In this document: positions 1-12,672 of the stretch, piece after piece
Layout: every line of letters begins with the position of its first letter
Position numbering within the stretch: the first letter of the stretch is position 1
Assembly: GCA_003971905.1 (NCBI GenBank)
Contig: RSEE01000055.1
Coordinates: 310,001-374,000, forward strand
Origin: Moniliella sp. 'wahieum'
Lineage: Eukaryota
DNA: 64,000 nucleotides
Direction: 5' to 3'
Translations under genes and position numbers: made by a program
Notes under the pieces: generated by a model
What the model was told of the DNA's origin: nothing
Database searches by the model: none
The model's input: only the letters and a program-made list of their open reading frames with translations

Positions 1-3000
1 AAGCAAGAGCGTGCGTAATTCCTCTTCATCCATCTGCGACTTGTTCAGTGCTTCGTTCTGAGCCAATTCCTCCGTTCGCTTGGAAATGAACGACTGCAGC
101 TGACGCGCATTGGTGTCCGTCTGACCGCGCTTGTATTGGCTAAAGGCGAATGAGGCAAAGCGATGGTAAATGAGCGACTGCGCCTGAGGGTCCAGCCCTC
201 CGCGTTCAATATACCCGATCGCCTTGACAAAGTACTCCTGCTTGATTACTGACGGCTGCTCTGACCTTGCCTCCGAATGCCACATGGCCTTTTCAATCTG
301 TCAGTATATCACTCGGCAAAGTGAAAGGGGGAAACGGGTTGGACGCACCATTTGCGTCAGAGCATCCCCTATCTGCTCTGCCGTCGCGTTGCTTGTCTTG
401 GCGTCAAGGCTGGAGGCGAGAAATTTCTGGGCATCGGCATGTTGGCCATAAGCCCAGAGCATGTTGGCAAATTCGAGGGTGGAGGCGAACTGTTTCTCCA
501 TCACCGCCTGCTCTAGCTGCTGTACAGTCTTGTTCATCGTCAGGCTCACTTGCAGTCGGTTCTGTCCCGAGCCAAGCGCGAAATATCTCGACAAAGAGCA
601 GACTCGACTTCCACAGCTCGGCGCACCTCCTCATCGTCCCATCCGCCAATCGACATCTTGACGCGCTGCGATCGGACACTCTGGATGAGTGAGCGGCGCA
701 CTTGGGCCGTCTGTAATTGCGCTGCGGGCCTGAAGAAAATGTCAGCGCTTCGGACTGAGGCAAGGGGGGAAGACGTACTCTATATCCTTGACCAGATCGA
801 CCGCATCCGCGGCCAAATAGACCTTCTGCATCACATCGAGCGAGGCCATGGACAAAGGTTGGGCGCGTGACTCGATCAACCACCTCTGCACCTCACCTAC
901 CCCCATCATTTCCAGGCAGGTATCGTTCAGTGCCTGCGAGGTTCGGGGGGGAGCTTGGCCATGCCACCAGAAGTGCTGATTGAGCCCAATCGACTTGTGG
1001 GATCACCTCCCCACGGGTGGGGAAGGCATTCAGGCTCCGCAGTGCCGTGTAGAGACACGCGCCGTCCCGGCCATGGGCGGCTCAGCATGGTTCCGCGCCG
1101 AGGGGAGGTCCCAATGGGATGCTTGCCATGCAATATCGTACCGTTTTGCCCCGCCTGTCTCTTCCCACGGCAAGCCCTGCAGTGGACGGGTACTCAAGGC
1201 GGTGTGCCCCACTCGGTCCGTCAGTAGCTCTGATGCCAATGAATGGAAGCCGAGATGGCGCAGTGGCTCGGCGGGCGAAGCGAGCGGGGCGCCTACGAGC
1301 TGGGTCTGTTGCCGCACCTCGTGGTCGGCTGCTGTGATCTCGAAGGCGATTTGCCAGCGGCCTTCGTGCCGCATCGTCTCAAACAGTCCGTCACTCCGTC
1401 CAGGCAGGGGGGCGAGCGAATAGAAACCGTCCGGATCGTCCACGTTTTGGTAAATCACATGCAGCAGTTCCATCTCGAGGTCGAATTGGCGCTGTCGTCG
1501 TGTGGGCGAGGCACGGTCATGGTTGATCTCGACGAAGAGGCGGCGGTGTACAGCCCCCCCTGCAATGCGCGCCGCGCAAGCATGATGTAGTCCAAGTCGA
1601 GCGCAAAGCGGGTGGTGTCGTACAGACGCAGGTAGAGCATGCACTGCACAAGCAACGCATGGATGCGTACGTCCAGCTCATCCTTTTCTAGCAGTCGCGT
1701 GAAGTATTCGGCGATTTCTTTGCCTTGCTTCGGCGAGCGCCCCGACTGTGATTTGCGCTCGTCGATCAGGAGCTGCAGAACCAGGGGAGAAAACAATTTC
1801 TCGGCTAAGCCAGGATGGCCTTCCAACAAGGCGGGCAGGCGGGAGAAGAACTGGCCGGAGGGCGAGACGAATATCAAGGCCCGCGACATCCCCTCGGCCA
1901 TGCCGCTAACCCAAGGAGCGAATCCTGTCAGGGCCAGGTCCAGCCTTGCTTGAACACGTGTTTCAACTCCGTCGGCTCGGCGGGGGGTAGCGTAGTTCTA
2001 GCAAAGTCGCTAAGCAATCCAACTCGCTCTCAGACGAGGTTTCCCCGTTCGAGCGCAGTTGGGCTAGCTCAGAATCTGATAGCTGGCTGACGAGCGCACG
2101 CAAGCAAAGAAGAACTTTCATGGGGGTCTGTTGGCAGTTTCCTCCAAAACTCAGTATGGATGAGAGGATGGGTTGGAGGCTGGCGGGGTCATCAGCGCTC
2201 AAGCGGCTGGTCGATGCCGTCCGAGGAAATGCGGCTCCAAATTTCCGCCATAGGTGACAAACTTCCCACCACAGGCGAGTACAATCTGTGAGAAGGTGTA
2301 CCCCCATTTGGCGGCGTCATGTGGATTCTGGCCCCGCGCGAGGCAAGCTGTCGCTTCAGCATCCAGAGCCTTGCTGTGCAAAGCGTTGGATCCCAACCTC
2401 CTTCATCCCGTCTACTGCATCGAGAATGTCCTTGAGCGCCTTGGTGTTGATCATAAGGTTGGGGAAGTTGTGCATCGACCGAACGAGCCTGGACAGCGAG
2501 ATCTTAGCTTTTCCATCGACCTTTACAAGGCGGGAGAGCGAGTCGGGCCAAAATAAGAGGAGTTGCATCGCCGTTTCACATAACGTTGGGGTTTGCGAGC
2601 GACAGGCATCCCCCACTAACCTCGTCAGGTGTTCCACAGCTTTGTTCGCCATGTCGCGATGGGCATGCCGCAGTGGTCCATCGACCAAAAAGCCAGCATC
2701 AACCAGCGAGGTCAGCCAGGAAAGGAAGATACGGGACGAGTCGTTCGTTACCTCCTTCAGGTCGAAGGGAATGGCCCAAAGAACGTACAGCAAGGGCAAG
2801 ATGATCGGAGCCAAGCTTGTGTCCGAGAGGAGTGGCACGCCCCTCCGCACGATCGTATCAAACAAGATGGGTTCCCTCGCAGGGCCTTTTGCACAGTGAG
2901 ACTAGACCGGGATGACTCGGGCGAGCCGAACCCGCTGGTCGTCATCTTGGTCTCGGCGAGGGTGTTAAAGAGGTGCTGGAGGACTTGGTAGCAACACGAC

Positions 3001-6000
3001 CGACTGAACACTCCTCCCTCCAACATGTTGTCGAGCAGCAAAAGGCGTCCACCAAACAATGATGTCCAACGACGGACGACTGGCCGCACCTAGCACAACC
3101 TTGTCGGGCAAGCCGTCAAAGGCGACCAGGTTGCGGAGAAATTCGAGCACATCGGTCCCCTTGCGTGCCACGGCAATGGCCACATCATCGTTCTCCCATG
3201 CTTGTTTCGATCGTCGTAAAGCGTAGAAGCCAAGCCACAATTTGGTCCTTATTCTCCTGGATTAGAGTCTCAATCTTCTTGCCCCCCGCCCTCGAACACC
3301 AGCCCGTCGCATGGCCTCTAGCGTCTCGTTCCAAGCCCGCATCTTGTCCGTACCGGGTGAAGTGCGGACGTCAAAGATCCAATCGCCCATCACCACTGCG
3401 AATAGAACCGGGTGGGCCATATCCAGGTACTGTTCTCTGGTTACGCCAGCTAGCTCACAGAGACGGTCGACTTGGTCCAAAGCAGGCTGGCTAATATCTT
3501 CAGCAGCAGCGATGATCGCAACACCCATCATGTCCAGATTGTCGCGCACCCCCTCTTGAGGCGTGGCATACCCCAACAGATCCCAGGGCATGTCCAGCAT
3601 GTCGAACCCACCATCCAGGAGGAGGGACGAGATGAACAAGCTAAACGTTCTGAAAAGCTCGCGGCTGTCGTTGAAGCCCAGTCGGGCAGACAGTCCCGTC
3701 AGGACAGCACGGATATAGGATCCGTACCCTCAAATCGGTAAGGCACGGCCAATATGGACGCAATCCCTCCGCGAAGTGCCATGGGCGCCACGATGGCGCT
3801 GTTGGCATACATGACAAAGGAGGTGAGCTGGCGCTCGAATATAGTGCTTAGTGCTTTCTTGGAATACGCACTGTAGGTGCCCCATTCGTACTCCGTGTCT
3901 GACGTCGGGTTGGCCGCTGTGCCGAACATGGCCGGGAGCAAGTGCAAGCATGCAAGCGATGCGCAGGTCCCAATGTAACATCAGCTCCATCAGACGAACG
4001 ATGGGTCGCACTTGGAGATGCATTCCCCCTCGGGTTCCCAGAAATCGTACAGATCCGGCTCGGAGAGGAAGCGATAGAGAATTGGCAAAGTCGTTGATCA
4101 CCCACCAGGTGAGAGCGCGCGTTTATGCGCTTTGCTGAGGAACCACTCTGTCAGCTCGGCCAAATGTCCTGAGTCCAAGGCGAAGTCCGGATAGCGCAGC
4201 CCAGACGTAGCAGGCATAGTGCCAACTGATGAGCGAGTGGTGCACGACTGTACACATAGTGGCCAACAGCTTCGTTGTCACCAACTTGGTCAGAGCGGCC
4301 AATCGGCGTCTCCCAGCTCGATGAGCCCATGCTTGTCTGCATCCGCCGCTGCGGGCAGGAGCATGACCACGCGCGACAGTTCAAAAGAACCATCCTGAAA
4401 GAAGAAAGGAGCAGTTGTGTCCCTCCGAGTGGGGTCAGAAGGAGGCTTAAACTTGTATAGTGTGCACAGAGCGGCGAAGAGCCGGCTCACTAAGCCATGC
4501 CACACCGACCCGTAAAGGATGTTGTCCAATAGAATGGCCTTGCCCTGCCTGGCCCAGGCCAGGTCGCTCATCATCAAAATCGGAGAATGGGTCGGGATCG
4601 CCAGGGTACGCGCTGTGGGCATCATCCCCCCGTTGTGCTTCCATTACAACCCCTTGATGCTTTTGTGCAGTGTCTGGCGCAGACTCAGTGCTGCAGAAGC
4701 TGCGCCCTCCACCTCTAAAGAGCAAGCGAAGCGCCATTGAATAGATGGTTCGGTCCGGACGCCGTTGTTCTTTTCTGGTGGCTTCAAGTAAAGTTGGACT
4801 GACTTGTGATCGAGATGAGGGAGGCAATGAGTGGCAAGGGCTGCTCCACCGCTGGAGCGAAAGTCAAACTTGCCAACGCTGAGAGGATAACTGTCTTGTC
4901 CTGGGCTACGATCGCCCGATGAGGCCAATGCACGTTGACTCGAGGATGCTAAAAGCCAACCGGGTTAGATCGGGGCCAACCTCAAACCCCTGCTGCCGCG
5001 TGACGCCGGCGAATAGAAGACTGAGCACGCAGCATCAGCACCCCGCTTGAGGTCCTGCACCGTCAAGGTGCTGGGCGTACGCTGGAACTCGTCGTTGGAG
5101 TGCCGTCCGAAAGGCGCTGTTGTACCCCCTGCAAAGCGCTGGTTAGGCTCGCAATAAGAACATAGGCAGGATGCTCGGGTCGAGGGGGGTTGGTTCGCGG
5201 TGGGGATGCGGTTGGGTACATTTCCCTTTCATTGGAGAAGGTTCATCTCCCACGTCAGCATAGAGTACGAATTTCAACGCGCGGGAGGTGTGCTTTGGAA
5301 AGCAAGTGCTCCGTTGCTGCTGTACGGGAAATTACAGGCCTGCTGGGAACGAGGGGTGGATCATAGGTCGAACTGAACCCTGAAAGTGCCTTGAGAAGAG
5401 CCAACACGTCCACCGCACCGCATTGGACCGCGGCTAGTTCGTACTCGTGTGGCTGGGGGAAAGATGCGCAAGAGCAAATGCTGGGACCCAAATCATTTGT
5501 GCCACGGTCAGGGCGCTCGTAATGACCGATGCCTGGGCCCCGGTACGGTTGACTCGGAGAATCTCCAGGGCACGCACAACCAGTTCACAGATGCTTTCGC
5601 TTGGCTGGGAGAGCGCCTGGGATGAAAGCGACAACACCATATTGCCATCTGACTTGGGAGCAAGACAGGGTCTACCATCCCCTGAGAGAGGAGGCGTTTG
5701 CTAAAGAAGCCGAGGGGCGAGAGAGGTGGGGAAGAAGAATGCGCTGCATCGCCACGGGCCACACTGCTCCCATACCTTGGCTGCTTGTGTCTGGCCTCGC
5801 GGAACAGAGTGAGAGCGCGCGTGCGGCCGAAGCAAGAGCCAACGTGGCCCAAGACGCAACTTGCTCATGATGATCATGAACTGCCTCGGACAATTGGTTC
5901 AGTACAGCACTTCCTAGACCTAGAACGGTATCAAGGTCGTGCGGATAGCTCTCTAGCCAGAATGTGATTACTTGCAGTACCCAGACCCGTTTCGGGGTCG

Positions 6001-7666
6001 TCACCGCATCCGCAACTTGGACTGTGTCGAGAAGGTACGAAATACCGTCGAGCCTCTTGGGACGGTCACTGTATCACCTCCACGGATGCGCTTGGTAGGA
6101 GGCTCGACCGACTCTGAATGCGAGAGTTGCGAGCCCGGGCTGAGAGACGCGTCAGTACCTTCAGCCGGAACCAAAGGGGGAAAGGGGGGGGGGGGGGGCG
6201 TACATGGACGGTGCGGAATCTGGCACGGGGGTAGGTGCCATCTCAGCGTGATTGGCGACGCTTAGTAGATGATGAGTTGTGCTGGCTGCAACCTCTAGGG
6301 CGAGCCAGCTGGTAGGGTTTGTGTCCGAGTCAGAAAAGCCAAAGCCGGCAGAGAAAGAAGCAGAGTAAAAAGGATTGTGCTCCACCTGCATCTGCTCCGG
6401 AAGCGGTGTGTATTCAATGCGGGAAGGGGGTAACCAGCCGGGATATCGGGTACCCTCGTAACGTCCGCCCAAGAGCGATGGACGCTCAGTGGATGGTGTC
6501 TTGCGCAGGCTGAGTACGCTCAGTTTTAGTGGCTTCACCCGTACTGCGCAGCACCCTCGTCCACCACAATTCTCTGCAGGTCGGAGAGTTTAGCATGGAT
6601 CGACGCCCACTCCTTCTTTTCTTGGGGATGGGTACGGGTAAATACGGCCATTGCAGGCCCCGTGGCCAAAAGCGGGACCATGAGATCAAGGGCAACGAGC
6701 AAATGTTCCTTCAACGCGCTATTTTTTGACTACCAATCGCGTTAGGAGGGGGATCGCGGTGGCAGCAAATTGGGTGACGGCAAGACGTCGTTTAGTTGCA
6801 AAGCCGTGAGAGCACGTTGAGCGCGGCAATGACAGGCAGCGTCACAGCCGTGTCGGACGGGTTGCGGACGAGGTACGTCAGAAACCTGTCCAGTAATATT
6901 GGGCCGTAGCGATATTGGTTGTCGGTCCCGTCGCTGCTGGGGATAAAGAAACAAGCACAAGGTGTGTCGAGCACCGCTCGTAGACATTCAAACGCGTCCA
7001 ACGTTTGTGCTGAGAAAGCCACGTTTTCCCCTTGATCTCTGGGAATCTCCAACAAAGCGGAGAAGATCGGGGTAGGACGGCTCGAGCTCGGTGCCGACTT
7101 TCTTGCCCAGGATCAGGTTCCACAGTAGCCCCACAATATGGATCCACAGCTCGGGGGGCAGGTGTTCGGCGTGGGGGCGCCAGGTAAGTGTTGTTTTGAG
7201 CGCGCGGAGATAGGAGGGCAAGAGTGCTGCGAAGACGTCTCCGCTATGGCTGCTGAGAGCGGGGTCAGGTGATGGAGGAGAGCGCGAGACGACTGACGAC
7301 CGAGAAAGGTGACACTGATGTCGACGAGGTGGGAGACGAGGGAGGCCAAATCCTTGAGCCGGGCCAAGGCCTTGGTATTGATCGTTTCGGACGAGGAGGG
7401 ACCGGGGGTGGCCCTCGACTTGTCGTGCGTTTAACCGGCTTGCTGGCGGCGTCGACCTCGATGGCCAGGGCCTGGTCAAGGGAGCGGTAGATGTGGTCCA
7501 GCTGGCTTCGCCACCCGTCTCAGCGACGCCGTCGAGGACGCGCGAGTCGCGGAAAAGTTCGCGCATCCGCGGGATGGCAAGGGAGCGAGTGCGGATGGTC
7601 TCGCTCGCGAGCTGGCGGAGCGCCGAGCCCACCCTCGCTGTCCAGCTCGCCCACCGTGAGGGCCAT
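1..7666 (-). CDS. TEL1: Tel1/ATM PI3K-related serine/threonine kinase (N-terminal TAN region through FAT domain; C-terminus runs off the window; many frameshifts)
   Basis: N-terminal TAN-like segment LRQLASETIRTRSLAIPRMRELF after the ATG at 7666; FAT-region motifs LDLDYIMLARRALQGGLYTAA, IYQNVDDPDGFY and YDIAWQASHWDLP in minus-strand ORFs at 1030-1901; continuous helical, HEAT-like coding fragments over 7.6 kb. Confidence 0.85.
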
Positions 7667-7900
7667 CGTGGGAGGTGGACGGGTGTGGATGGAGCGGGGA
7701 TGGGTGGATGGGCGGATGGGCACTCTGCTGGCGGTGAGCCGCAGCTGGCCTGGGCGGCTGGCGTGGCCCCCACCGGGCACGGACATCTGCACATTTCAGA
7801 TTCCGTGTTGCACCGACGCCGTGCGCGCCACTCGGCCGGGCTGGGTGGTGCGCGCTGCCCCCGGCTCCTACCCACCGCCATCCCATCTCCCAGTCCGGCC

Positions 7901-9655
7901 ATGTCCTCCAACGGCACCATCCGCCTTGGCCTCCAGCGCATCACCGCTCTCCTAGGCGAACTCGGCAACCCCCACCTCCAGTTTGCTGTGGTGCAAGTCG
8001 CCGGCACCAACGGAAAGGGCACCACCGGCGCCTACATCGACCAGCTCCTCCGCCACGCGCTGGCCCTCGGGCGGGAGGGTGCCCCCCGACAGTAGGGCGC
8101 TTCAACTCGCCCCACCTTGTCGAACCGCGCGACTCGGCCGTCGTGAATGGGGTACCGCTGCCCTTGTCTGTGTGGACGGCTGCCGGGGACAAGGTGGCTG
8201 AGGCAGCGGCGCGCATCGACGCCAGTCCGTTTGAGCGTCTCTTTGCCCGGGCCATGCTAGCTTCTCCCTTCTGCCTTCGACTCGAGACCCGACATCCTTG
8301 TCCTAGAGGCTGGACTTGGCTTTCAGGAGGATGCAACCAATGTCTTTCCTCCCTCCCACGTCTTGGCCGGTGTGCTGACGCAGGTCGCACTTGATCATAC
8401 TGCGCTCCTTGGCGAGACACTCGAGGCCATCACGCGGGTCAAGGCCGATGTGTTCCCCGCCAACGGACTCGGAATCGTGGTGGACCAACGAAGACTGGGA
8501 GAGGGTGAGTATGGCTCGGCGGCATCGGACGAGAGGGCAAAGCACAGTGCTTCTGCGCTTCCTCCCACGCCGGTTGCTGGAATTGGGGAGCAAGAATTTG
8601 CTGTGCTCCAAGCCGCCCGCGAAAAGGCAATGGAGAAAGCGCGGCTGGCTCGCGCATTTGTCCCCATCTTCTCTGGGAGGGGACCTTGTTTTTGCTCCCG
8701 TCCCCGGGGTGGAGGAATGGGAGGCTCCCTTTGCTCGGGTCGGGGTCCAGTACAGCCCTACCCTCTTTGCTCTCCGTGGTCCTGGCCGGAATGGGCTATG
8801 CCGCTCGCAGAGGTGAAGCCTGCACGGACGGCCCTAGCGTGCTGGTTCCTGCGACCGTTGCTCATGTGGCTGGTGTCACGACGGCACTGCAACATTGTGG
8901 AGCGTAGCGAGGGACGAGCCGGCCTCTGCGGCCTCAGGCGGGCCCGGGACCGACGACCATGAGCATATCCGCATGCAACTCGCCATGTTTCTGGGCCTTC
9001 CCGGAGCGCAGGAGCGGGTGGCAGGCTGTCAGGTCGGTCAAGTGGCCCGGTCGGGCGGATTGGGTCTCGTTCCCACTTCAGCTTCCGACCGAAGAGCAAC
9101 GGACGGATGAAAATGAGAATGAGGAGCCATCCGCGTCCCCGTCCTCTCTTGCTACGTTGGTGGACGGGGCCCACAACCCTGCCTCGGCTACGGCCTTGCG
9201 ATCCTACCTCTCTCTTTGTCTGGAGCGGACGACGGAGCCAGTGCGGGTAACGTACATCATGGGCTTTACCGAAGGAAAGGATGTGGCAGGCATGTTTTCT
9301 GCCTGTTGGGGCCCCCGACCTGGCTGAGGCCGTGGGAGGAATGAGTCTGGACGAGAAAGTTGTGCATCAAGTGGCATTTGTTCCCTTTACCCGACCCGAG
9401 GGTATGGATTGGATCCAACCGCTGCCACCAGCGGAGGCGCAGGCGGCTCTCAGCAGGACGCCAGGTGTGGCCCTGGAGAGCGCTACGTTCCCCTCGCTGC
9501 TTGAGGCACTGCACTGGGCTGGGAAGGAACATGTCCAGCTCAACGCTGACGGTGACGCGGTGGGGATCGTGCCCTCGCGCAAACTCGCCGCCGTGTGTGG
9601 CTCGCTCTATGTGGTGAGTGACTTGTATCGACTGCTGGGTGTGGATGGGCCCTAG
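7901..9655 (+). CDS. FOL3: Dihydrofolate synthase / folylpolyglutamate synthase (FolC/Mur-ligase family, FOL3-like), frameshifted
   Basis: MSSNGTIRLGLQRITALLGELGNPHLQFAVVQVAGTNGKGTT P-loop; LDHTALLGETLEAITRVKA; LVDGAHNPASA; C-terminal VCGSLYVVSDLYRLL. Confidence 0.88.
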
Positions 9656-10130
9656 GCGCTAGGCCACCCGGGCATGCTATTCCCCGCGGTCGGCCGCACT
9701 CAGCCCAGTCCGGAAGCTTGAGCGTTGGATGGCCCGACTGCACAATATCACCTGATAGCACTGGTACGCCAACCATGTTAGCTTGGCCTCAGGTGGTCGT
9801 GCGCATATTCTCTTTCACTCTACAATGCGCTGGCCTCACCATGCCGTGTTGAAGGTCAAGTGTGGGGTCTTGTGGCCTGCCGCCCTCACATTGCCCGTTC
9901 AGCCCGCGAACCGTGAGCGCAGTTCCTCTCTTCTTCATGTTATTCCCCGACAGATGTACACAAAGATGGGTCCAACGCGCATGTATGTGTGTTGCGTTCT
10001 ATGTCCAAACCACATCCATAGCATACGGTTTAGCGATCAACGCATCCATTTGAAATGGGGTTTTGAAGACCTTTAGCAAACAAGCTCAAAGAAGAGTGGC
10101 TGGCCAAGGACAAGAGGTACGGAGGGGCAT

Positions 10131-10703
10131 TTAAACCTTCTCCTCCTTGAGGCCGTCCTTCCAGAAGATGAAGGTGGGCGTAACGCCATCCTCCTTCCAG
10201 CCACCAAGGACAACCATGGCGTCGGGGTTCATCGAGGAGCCGGTGTAGAAGTCGTACTCCTTGAAGTTGCCAATGACCTTCTTGGCGAAGGCAGCAGCGC
10301 CCTTCTCGAAGGCAGGAACACGCTCAGGGTTGGTCTCCTGGAGCTTGGCCTTGATCTCTTTCATGTAGGCCTTGAGGTAGCCGAGGTAGCCCTTCTTGTC
10401 AAACGAAGTCTGCTGCAGGTCGGCAGCGTTGACAACGTTGATGACCGTCTTGGCGCCGTCCTCGAGATCCTCGTCGCCACCCTCAGCGGACGGGTTGCCA
10501 CCGATGTTGACCTCGCCGTCCTTGATGGTGATCTGCTTACCCTCGACAACGTAGACAACGTCGTCGAGCTCCTCCATGGGGTAGGAGTCGGAGAAGAGCT
10601 CGTCGCCGCTGAGAATGTCGGTGAAAATCTGCGAATGACGTGTGTCAGTATGGACAGGGATGAAGAGGCGGATGCGAGCAACGAAAGGGGCACATACCTT
10701 CAT
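10131..10703 (-). CDS. TMA19: Translationally controlled tumour protein (TCTP); exons 10698-10703 and 10131-10628, 69-nt intron 10629-10697
   Basis: MK|IFTDILSGDELFSDSYP, NIGGNPSAE, FYTGSSMNPDAMV, FWKDGLKEEKV; intron GTATGT...TACTGAC...CAG. Confidence 0.96.
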   Translation of the reverse strand: MKVCAPFVARIRLFIPVHTDTRHSQIFTDILSGDELFSDSYPMEELDDVVYVVEGKQITIKDGEVNIGGNPSAEGGDEDLEDGAKTVINVVNAADLQQTSFDKKGYLGYLKAYMKEIKAKLQETNPERVPAFEKGAAAFAKKVIGNFKEYDFYTGSSMNPDAMVVLGGWKEDGVTPTFIFWKDGLKEEKV

Positions 10704-11216
10704 GGTGGGGAGGGCCGAGGTGGTGGTGAGAGAGCGAGGCGAGGGGCGCAGAAAATGCGAAAAAAACCGGCGCGCCGTCCCCGCCAAAAAGGCAGGCTGG
10801 GCACTGGTCCAGTGTGGATCCATCCGCATGGCCTGCACCGTGGTGGCGGATCCCGCACACAAGCGCTGTGCGCGAGGGAATGCTTACCTAACATACATCG
10901 CCTGTGCAACGCAGCAGGAGTGGCCCTTGAAATGTTCTCGCATCCTCTGATCTGCCTGGCGCAGCACCCCCCGCATTGGCCAGCTGACCATTTCAAGCCG
11001 TGCAGAGCGCCACTGCAGATTTGGCTGGGTTTGCCCAGGTGGGCCACCACGAGCGGCTGCCTTCCCTCCGCTTGGGTTCGTGGGTCTTCTGCCTTGTCCC
11101 TGTCTTGGACGCAAATGCCCGCCGCGCCCTGGCTGCGTTCTCTCCCCCGATCCGCCCCTCCCCTCCCGTCTTTCGCCCACGTGCGCATTCTTCGCACGTC
11201 CGCCTCGAGCCTGAGC

Positions 11217-11609
11217 ATGAGCACCCAACCGCCTGCCGCCTACCCTGCGCCCAACGGCGCTGGTCTCGTCCTGCACCTGTACATCCAACCCAATGCCAGC
11301 CGGGACGAGCTGGTGGGCCTGCACGACGGCGAGCTCAAAGTCAGTGTCTCTGCCCCCCCCGTGGACGGTGCGTCGAATGCGCGTCTGACCAAGCTTCTCT
11401 CCTCCGAGTTTGGCGTGCCCAAATCGGCCATCGTTCTCGAGCGCGGGCATACCTCTCGCCACAAACGCATTTTGGTTGAGGGTGTGGAGCTGGATCCGCC
11501 CTCGTCACTGCCTTTGGTGATCCAGGAGCTGTTGGCGGCTCTGCCTCCTCCCGCCGCGCCGGAGCAGAAGACCTCCTCGAGTAAGAAGAAGAAGGGCAAG
11601 AACAAGTAA
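11217..11609 (+). CDS. DUF167/UPF0235 (YggU-family) protein of bacterial-type sequence with Lys-rich C-terminal tail
   Basis: GLVLHLYIQPNASRDELVGLHDGELKVSVSAPPVDGASNARLTKLLSSEFGVPKSAIVLERGHTSRHKRI matches the YggU pattern; intact, intronless 130-aa ORF. Confidence 0.9.
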   Translation: MSTQPPAAYPAPNGAGLVLHLYIQPNASRDELVGLHDGELKVSVSAPPVDGASNARLTKLLSSEFGVPKSAIVLERGHTSRHKRILVEGVELDPPSSLPLVIQELLAALPPPAAPEQKTSSSKKKKGKNK

Positions 11610-11721
11610 TTGAAGAGAACAAATCCAGAATTGCTGGAATACAGACCCATGCAGGGTTTACACAGGGCTGCGTCTAATCCCAGCGAGAAGTGGTCGGTCG
11701 CAGGAGTCGGTCCTTCGAGCT

Positions 11722-11976
11722 TGATGAGACCTGGAGTCTTAATGGTCCTCGAGGGTGATGCAATCGCCCCAGTGGCGGGGGTGGGGGTGGTCTAAGCCAA
11801 CCAACAACACCTACAGAGGAACATCAAACAGCCAGTCGCCACTAGGCGCTAGCCTGCGGAACACGCAAAGCAGAAGCGAGGAAACAACCCCACCACGGTC
11901 CTCCTACTAGCCCTGACGAGGGACTGAAGCTAAGCGACGTTGGCCAAAACCGCGAGCCACTTGCGGTAGCTCAACA
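11722..11976 (-). mobile_element. Solo LTR, family A copy 1 (255 bp)
   Basis: TG...CA ends (TGTTGAG...CTCATCA on minus strand); flanks GAGCT/GAGGT (5-bp TSD with one mismatch); homologous to 18750-18978 and 47292-47537. Confidence 0.8.
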
Positions 11977-12582
11977 GAGGTGGCGCAAACTCAAACTCCA
12001 GCATGCCTTTCTTGTCGCGTAGGCTTCAAACTAGACTGCTTCTCGCCACCCCTGATCGATTATCCCCTCTTCAACCATCGATGCTCCGTGTCAGGCGCAG
12101 TCTAAAGGTTAGCCATTTTTGGCGTTACTCTATACCAGTAATGACACGAACCAAGATGTACCGCTGCACGCCATACGTACGCAAATTAGCAAGTGCAATG
12201 AAGGGGCTTGCCCCCAGGCGATGGAGCAAAGCACTGTTGTTCTGTGTACCCCTTTCTATTTCCGGGTTACCAAGTCATCAAATTTGGACATTTGATGAAC
12301 AGACCGCAACGAGATGGGGGTGGCTGTGGGAAGGCTATGCGCGCTCTGTACGCATAGCATGTGCGAAACTGGGACATAATAGGGAACGTTTCTACCCATA
12401 ATGCAGAACGGGGCACTCCTCCAGCGTTTGCCGACAGCCAACACACCCCTCAATAGAAGCACAGTGCACGATGCGTATTGGCGTTACCTGCATGTCGTGA
12501 GCCGTCTGACCCAACCCTTCCCTCCAATCCAGATGTGGTGCGAGCAGGGGCAGAATAGTGTGACGGAAAAAGCTCGAAAAAA

Positions 12583-12672
12583 TGACGAGAGTGGGATTCG
12601 AACCCACGCCCCGGAGGACTGCGGTTAGGAAGGAACCTGAACACAGCGCGTTAACCACTTCGCTATCTCGCC
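12583..12672 (-). tRNA. tRNA-Leu(CAG) with ~11-nt intron
   Basis: GGCGAGATAGCGAAGTGGTTAACGCG CTGTG TT CAG G [TTCCTTCCTAA] C CGCAG TCCTCCGGGGC GTGGGTTCGAATCCCAC TCTCGTC A, then a T-run Pol III terminator. Confidence 0.92.

Noticed and set aside
11870..11935. Hammerhead ribozyme core (GAAAC...CTGACGAG) in family A LTR copy 1
   Set aside because: Helices do not form around the cores and the motifs are not conserved in the other two copies
12583..12672. tRNA-CAG as a sign of CUG codon reassignment, or a UCA (selenocysteine/suppressor) anticodon
   Set aside because: Stem register gives U33-CAG-G37 with an A73 discriminator and Leu-type arm: an ordinary tRNA-Leu
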